64,000 nucleotides of DNA, taken from an uncultured Leptospira sp. (GTDB lineage: Bacteria > Spirochaetota > UBA4802 > UB4802). Numbering within the stretch: position 1 is the stretch's first letter; the number at the start of each line of letters is the position of its first letter. The notes under the pieces are model-generated. The model ran no database searches. It saw nothing but the letters and a program-made list of their open reading frames with translations, and was not told the DNA's origin. Shown in pieces: positions 59,101-64,000 of the stretch. Position numbers and translations under genes: made by a program. The stretch lies in NCBI GenBank assembly GCA_964509195.1, contig CAZDWJ010000001.1, forward strand, positions 30,311-94,310, given 5' to 3'.

Positions 59101-59630
59101 ATACAATCGATATACACACTCCAATAACTGATTGGCACATTCAGCAATTAAAAACGGGTAATCTTATTACTATTAGTGGTACCATCTATACCGCCCGTGA
59201 CAGGGCGCACAAAAAAATTGCTGAAATGGTGACGCAGCAACAACCGCTTCCTATAGATTTTTCTAATGCAGTAATCTACTATGCAGGTCCAAGCCCTGCT
59301 CCACCAGGGATGCCTGTTGGAGCTATCGGCCCTACAACTTCATACCGGATGGATGTTTATACAGACATAATGCTGTCGCTTGGAGTACGTATCTTTATTG
59401 GCAAAGGTTCTCGGAGTGATGAAGTCAAAAAGCTTTTAATGAAGTATAAAGCAGTATACTGCTCATCCTTTGGGGGTGCTGCTGCGTATCTTGCCCAACG
59501 TGTAGTGGATGCGCAAATCATTGCCTTTGAAGAATTTGGCCCTGAGGCTATCTATAAACTAACTGTTGAAAAATTTCCAGTTATTGTTATCAATGATATA
59601 TTTGGCGGTGACCTGTATGCTGACGTTTAA
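59097..59630 (+). CDS. class I fumarate hydratase / tartrate dehydratase, beta (C-terminal-domain) subunit
   Basis: 177 aa. GTIYTARDRAHKK, YYAGPSP and IGKGSRS motifs. ATGA overlap with the alpha subunit. Confidence 0.85.
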   Translation: MNTIDIHTPITDWHIQQLKTGNLITISGTIYTARDRAHKKIAEMVTQQQPLPIDFSNAVIYYAGPSPAPPGMPVGAIGPTTSYRMDVYTDIMLSLGVRIFIGKGSRSDEVKKLLMKYKAVYCSSFGGAAAYLAQRVVDAQIIAFEEFGPEAIYKLTVEKFPVIVINDIFGGDLYADV

Positions 59631-60219
59631 TGATTATAACGAATTTTTTGCATTTTGTGACAGGATAAAACACGCATTACATCAGCGTCCACCTCGCGCA
59701 ATTGAACGCAAAAGCCTGAAAGATGCCGCAGTACTTATTCCCATTCTTTTTAAAGATAACGAGCCTCATGTGCTTGTTACTAAACGCACAAATAATGTTG
59801 GCACTCATAAGGGGGAGGTCTCATTGCCTGGTGGAGGGATTGATGAAGATGACGAAACGCCACTTGAGGCCGCACTACGCGAAAGCTATGAGGAAGTAGG
59901 CATAAAGCCTGAGGACGTTACTGTTCTAGGCGAGTTTGATCATTTTATTTCAATATATGGCTTTCATGTGTACACCTTTGTGGGAGTTATACCATATCCA
60001 TATCAGCTTACAATAAACCATGATGAAATTGAATCCTACACTGAGGTTCCCCTTTCTTTGTTTGTAGAAGAAAAATATGACAACCTGGAATATTATACCT
60101 ACGAGGGTAATCAGTATGCAATTTATTACTATCATTACAATTGCTATACCATCTGGGGTTTGACTGCACGTATTCTTACTGATTTTTCACGAAAGGTGAT
60201 AAGAAACATAATGTGTTAA
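59617..60219 (+). CDS. NUDIX hydrolase, CoA pyrophosphatase-like
   Basis: Nudix box GGGIDEDDETPLEAALRESYEEVGI, preceded by the LVTKRTNNVGTHKGEVSLPGG signature of the CoA pyrophosphatase subgroup. The start is taken at the Met of MLTFNDY. The ORF track begins at 59566, inside the upstream gene. Confidence 0.75.
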   Translation: MLTFNDYNEFFAFCDRIKHALHQRPPRAIERKSLKDAAVLIPILFKDNEPHVLVTKRTNNVGTHKGEVSLPGGGIDEDDETPLEAALRESYEEVGIKPEDVTVLGEFDHFISIYGFHVYTFVGVIPYPYQLTINHDEIESYTEVPLSLFVEEKYDNLEYYTYEGNQYAIYYYHYNCYTIWGLTARILTDFSRKVIRNIMC

Positions 60220-60603
60220 CCTTTTTTCCATATAAAATAAACATAAAACAGTCTTCAGGTACCACAAATGTGTCATTGGCATTTCAAAAAAATCAGAATA
60301 ATGCTGTTCTTCAAGTTTGTAAAAATAATTATCCCTATTTTTTCTATATACTGAAAAAACCTTTACCCGCCTATTCTTTTGTATCCTTTACATAATACTA
60401 TAAATCAATGATGTTGCGTTCACTGTATATTTTTCGTAATATCCCATTTTCATAGTATTCAATTGGATGTTGACATAATACACATACTCTAACTTTTTAT
60501 GCTCAGGTATGTCTCAGGTTAAGATGTATAGCTAAAAACGAAAGGCTCCAGCAACATTTTAATACATCATCACTATGGCTCACTGTTCTAAATAAAATAT
60601 TTT

Positions 60604-61797
60604 TTATATATTATTATCAGATGCCAATTCATCTGTTTTTTTCCATTTCGCATAGTAAAACATACATATTCCTGTTACCATACCAATAACATACCCATAC
60701 GGTATTGTTACAATTAATCCAGCAACAATCAATGATATCTTTAAATCAATACTATTATGAATAATATCTGAAATAAGTCCTAATAATGTAAGTGCTTCAA
60801 AAAATAAAATCACACCCAACAAAGGAAGAGGGAACATTCGCAAAATATAAATCCCATTTGATCCGAAAAATATACCTGTCATGATCATTATTACACCAAA
60901 CATTATAACTGAACCACCCGTACGAGCACCAAAAGCATAATGGCCGGCCATACCTCCGCTACCATGGCAAACAGGAATGCCACCTATAAATGGATTAACA
61001 ATATTCATGATGGCATAGGTGAATGCTATTTTATTTGGGTTAACATATTTCCCACCAAATAAATCTCTGCTTAGCTGACTTGTAGCAAAAATTGAATTTC
61101 CCAGCGACAGAGGAATTTGCGGCAGTGCAAGTATAACAAAACCTTTTATTATATTTTCTATTTTTAACGAATTGAAAATTGTAGTATTGTGCGATAGCTC
61201 ATTAACATTACCCTCATTATTAAACACAATACCATAAAAAATGCCAATTGGTATCAATACAAGTGCAGGAGGAATTCGCCTATTTTCTAGTAATACTACA
61301 GCAATTGAAAATGCCATAAACACAAGTATATAATCTGAAAACCGCTCTGAAGGAATGTACTCTTTTACTGATAACATAATTAGCTGTAGACCAAGTCCAA
61401 ATTGAATTCCTCTGATGACCGCTTTTGGGATTATTTTTGAAAAAATATCTATTACACCACATGCTGTTAACACTAACATTAATACACCAATAGCCATGCC
61501 ACCACATAACATTATATCAGCACTTAATTTTTGTGTTATCACAATCAATGCAACTGCCTTTAACGGCTGGACAGGCATCGGAATGCGATATATAAACCCT
61601 GTCATTATCTGCAACAGTCCATATGCAATAAATACCATAACGGCATCCATCCCGGTTGTCGCCAAAACTCCAACAAGCAAAGGAACAACTGTTCCCATAT
61701 CACCAAACGCGCCGGAGAGCTCATTTCTATCAAATGTTATATCCTTGATAGCGCGTTTAATTGTTATGGCTAAAAAATGTCTATTTTTACTATTCAT
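60604..61797 (-). CDS. MOT1-family putative molybdate/sulfate transporter
   Basis: About 10 TM segments. The N-terminal ELSGAFGDMGTVVPLL resembles the MOT1 signature. Adjacent Mo-enzyme genes fit this call. Confidence 0.5.
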   Translation of the reverse strand: MNSKNRHFLAITIKRAIKDITFDRNELSGAFGDMGTVVPLLVGVLATTGMDAVMVFIAYGLLQIMTGFIYRIPMPVQPLKAVALIVITQKLSADIMLCGGMAIGVLMLVLTACGVIDIFSKIIPKAVIRGIQFGLGLQLIMLSVKEYIPSERFSDYILVFMAFSIAVVLLENRRIPPALVLIPIGIFYGIVFNNEGNVNELSHNTTIFNSLKIENIIKGFVILALPQIPLSLGNSIFATSQLSRDLFGGKYVNPNKIAFTYAIMNIVNPFIGGIPVCHGSGGMAGHYAFGARTGGSVIMFGVIMIMTGIFFGSNGIYILRMFPLPLLGVILFFEALTLLGLISDIIHNSIDLKISLIVAGLIVTIPYGYVIGMVTGICMFYYAKWKKTDELASDNNI

Positions 61798-62356
61798 ACA
61801 GTTTTAGTCCCTGACACACAATGCATATTACTCCATCTTTAGCCGGATATGCCTCGCCGCAATTACCACATATTCCCACTGTCCCAAGCTTATTTTTGCC
61901 AATAAGATCCTTGCATACTCTTACTTTTTGCACTGATATAATATCTTCTCCAGCGTTAATAATTTGATTTATAAGAAGTTTCTTATTCTGTTCATTTTTA
62001 GGTTTTATTTTAAAAAACCAATTTTTAATTTCTTCATATCGTTCCAGTTTTTTTGCATCCATATATACACGAGTACCTTCACCCGTATATTTTTCAAACA
62101 TGGTCATAGCAAAACGCCCCGTATGGATTACCTTGAGCCAACCATTGCCATACGTGCAGGGCGTGAGCAGCTGAATTGCATCAGGTAAACACACCTGCGT
62201 TTCACATAAAAAATCGTAAAATTTTTCCTTATCACGATGTGTCCATACTGTATCAACCATAAAACCACCAATTAAAACTCCTGGAGCCACATTTCCATGT
62301 AATTTTTCTACCATGTGCACATACTCCTCGATGGGATAACTGCATATTGTTTTCAT
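61790..62356 (-). CDS. FmdE-domain protein with C-terminal zinc ribbon
   Basis: LHGNVAPGVLIGGFMVD (FmdE-type core) and a C-terminal CGNCGE...CIVCQ. 8-nt overlap with the transporter gene. Confidence 0.7.
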   Translation of the reverse strand: MKTICSYPIEEYVHMVEKLHGNVAPGVLIGGFMVDTVWTHRDKEKFYDFLCETQVCLPDAIQLLTPCTYGNGWLKVIHTGRFAMTMFEKYTGEGTRVYMDAKKLERYEEIKNWFFKIKPKNEQNKKLLINQIINAGEDIISVQKVRVCKDLIGKNKLGTVGICGNCGEAYPAKDGVICIVCQGLKLYE

Positions 62357-62417
62357 ACTGCTTCCTTTTTATATTCCTGTCATTTCATCCATTGAGCTAT
62401 CGCACATATACACTGAT

Positions 62418-64000
62418 TCATAAAGCCTTTTCAACTCTGCATGGGATATACCTATGGAAAGGAGTTCCCGCAAGTCTGTCACGGTGAGTATTTTTAGCAA
62501 GATAATTGACATTAACCCCATGTACTTTTCCACCGTATTCAAGCCCAAATCCATGCGGAATCATTATATACTTTTTGGTTGTTTGTTCTGTAATTTCAAG
62601 TTCCAGCTCCACAGATCCCGCTTCAGTAATAACTCTTACTCTGTCACCATCATGTAAATGCAGTTCCTGTGCATCTTCAGGGTGCATTATGCATGTACAT
62701 ACTCGCTTTCCCTTATTCCATTCAGGGTTCCTCATTAATGTATTTGCATTATAAGGATAATGTCTCCCTGCTGAAAGGATAAAAGGGTATTCCTTATGCG
62801 ATGTTAATTCTCGCAACTCATTTTCAACATTCACCTCACTACACCACTGTTCCATCTCGGGTATAAAGATATTGATTTTTTTATCTTCAGTACTTAACTC
62901 ATCAAAGTTATTAGATGGATCAGATTTCCCTATCCACAGTCCCTGAGGATTATTAAGTATTGCATTAAATATCTCATCGCCCATAAGAGGACCTTTTGAA
63001 AAACCAATACGCTGGGCACATTGTTTAAAACTTTTTGGTGCATTCATAAGCAGTGCCCACAAATTAGCCAGGTGAACTGAACCCATTGCTTTGCCCAGTG
63101 TTTTGCCAATAATAAATGGGATAAATTTAAGCGCCTGCGGATTTTGTTGTATATAATTCATTAACTCCATTCCAAAGGAAATCCTGTCTTTCTCTGCTGC
63201 CGTATACAGTGATTGCGGTATTTCAGGAATAAAACCCATTTTTTCAGCTATCAGTAAATGAATTTCACCAAGTTCTTTCTGTTCTCCGTCAGGTTCAACA
63301 ACCGGTCGACGCATCTGAAAATAAATTTCAGGCCAGGTCCATGTAAAGAAAGTCCCGTCCCAGGATTCATAGCCAGACCGTGCAGGTAAAACATAATGTG
63401 CAAATTGTGCTGTTTCGGTCATTGCAATTTCTGCAACTACCAGAAGCTCAAGTTGTGAAAATGCTTTTTCATATTGACTGGTATCTGCAAATGAGCGCAA
63501 TGGATTACACTGGGTACACATCACAGCCCGTATTCTTTCAGGATTTCCATTTAATATTTCTTCTGGAAGGACATTTGGGGGGAATATACCAGCAATAGCA
63601 GGGTATCCTGTAACAACTGTTCTCCATGTTTTCTCATTCCTTTCATCGCTGTGGGAAATTATTGGCATGAGAGTTCCAGGTATAACATTGCCACCCTGTA
63701 CACACATATTGCCAGTAATAGCAAAAAGAATTATCTGTAAATACAATGCCAGTGTACTGTGCCGATTCATATATACACCCAAATCAGGATGCACACACGC
63801 CTTTTTAAATCGCAAATGTTTGCATACTTCTTTTACATCATCATAGTGGAGTCCACATGCCTGGATAGTTTTTTTTACATCAACATCCATAAACCAGTTC
63901 TTAATCTGTTCAAAACCACTTACATGATCTTTTATATACTCACTATCAACCCAACCCTCCTGTATAATAAGTGCAATCATAGCTTTTGTAAGTAAGGCAT
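62418..64000 (-). CDS. molybdopterin (MopB-superfamily) oxidoreductase, N-terminus outside window
   Basis: The frame stays open to the window edge. The C-terminal molybdopterin-dinucleotide-binding beta-barrel is present (HPEDAQELHLHDGDRVRVITEAGSVELELEITE...IMIPHGFG). Confidence 0.75.
   Translation of the reverse strand, partial: ALLTKAMIALIIQEGWVDSEYIKDHVSGFEQIKNWFMDVDVKKTIQACGLHYDDVKEVCKHLRFKKACVHPDLGVYMNRHSTLALYLQIILFAITGNMCVQGGNVIPGTLMPIISHSDERNEKTWRTVVTGYPAIAGIFPPNVLPEEILNGNPERIRAVMCTQCNPLRSFADTSQYEKAFSQLELLVVAEIAMTETAQFAHYVLPARSGYESWDGTFFTWTWPEIYFQMRRPVVEPDGEQKELGEIHLLIAEKMGFIPEIPQSLYTAAEKDRISFGMELMNYIQQNPQALKFIPFIIGKTLGKAMGSVHLANLWALLMNAPKSFKQCAQRIGFSKGPLMGDEIFNAILNNPQGLWIGKSDPSNNFDELSTEDKKINIFIPEMEQWCSEVNVENELRELTSHKEYPFILSAGRHYPYNANTLMRNPEWNKGKRVCTCIMHPEDAQELHLHDGDRVRVITEAGSVELELEITEQTTKKYIMIPHGFGLEYGGKVHGVNVNYLAKNTHRDRLAGTPFHRYIPCRVEKAL

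Noticed and set aside
60213-60395. 60-aa ORF in the 384-bp gap between the NUDIX and transporter genes
   Set aside because: It has no RBS, overlaps the NUDIX stop and its composition is non-protein-like. I saw no convincing RNA structure in the gap either.
1-64000. Search for CRISPR arrays, IS elements, integrases, prophage or toxin-antitoxin/defence cassettes
   Set aside because: I saw no regularly spaced direct repeats. No ORF has transposase, integrase, nuclease or typical defence ATPase motifs. The patatin and CHAT-like proteins lack the partner genes of known defence systems and carry secretion or lipoprotein signals or housekeeping contexts.

Overview
AT-rich bacterial chromosomal window, almost fully coding, with about 50 genes on both strands and one tRNA. 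I saw no rRNA, CRISPR array, transposase or integrase. The gene content points to an anaerobic spirochaete. It has a FlaB core flagellin, two tandem FlaA sheath proteins, FliM and a spirochaete-style ~900-aa GreA. Housekeeping genes include tgt, ogt, ribF, an aroK-aroC fusion, lysA, metF, a CBS-type family II pyrophosphatase and tRNA-Leu(CAG). Three blocks stand out. (1) 30.9-42.8 kb on the minus strand holds four translationally coupled genes. They encode a 907-aa YdbH/AsmA-like membrane protein, a YnbE/YdbL-like fusion lipoprotein, a 2459-aa lipoprotein (TolB-type propeller + TPR + degenerate CHAT) and a receiver-PP2C phosphatase. I know of no described system with this composition, and it is my best candidate for something new. 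(2) 48.6-59.6 kb is a hydrogenase island. It carries a lipoprotein tetrahaem cytochrome c3, the maturation protease, a Tat-exported small subunit and the large subunit of a periplasmic [NiFe] hydrogenase. hypB sits apart, hypF-D-E-C are divergent, a two-subunit class I fumarate hydratase is fused onto that hyp operon, and no hypA is visible. (3) 60.6-64 kb is a molybdenum cluster with a partial molybdopterin oxidoreductase, FmdE and a MOT1-type transporter. Other notable items are a 1433-aa double-activase protein and scattered partner-switching parts (GAF-PP2C, REC-PP2C, STAS, SixA). There is also a GntR regulator with a perfect 10-bp inverted repeat at its promoter, next to a thioredoxin-reductase/PDO redox pair. 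The flaB leader is structured and has CsrA-type GGA sites. All functional calls come from motif recognition by eye, since no searches could be run.
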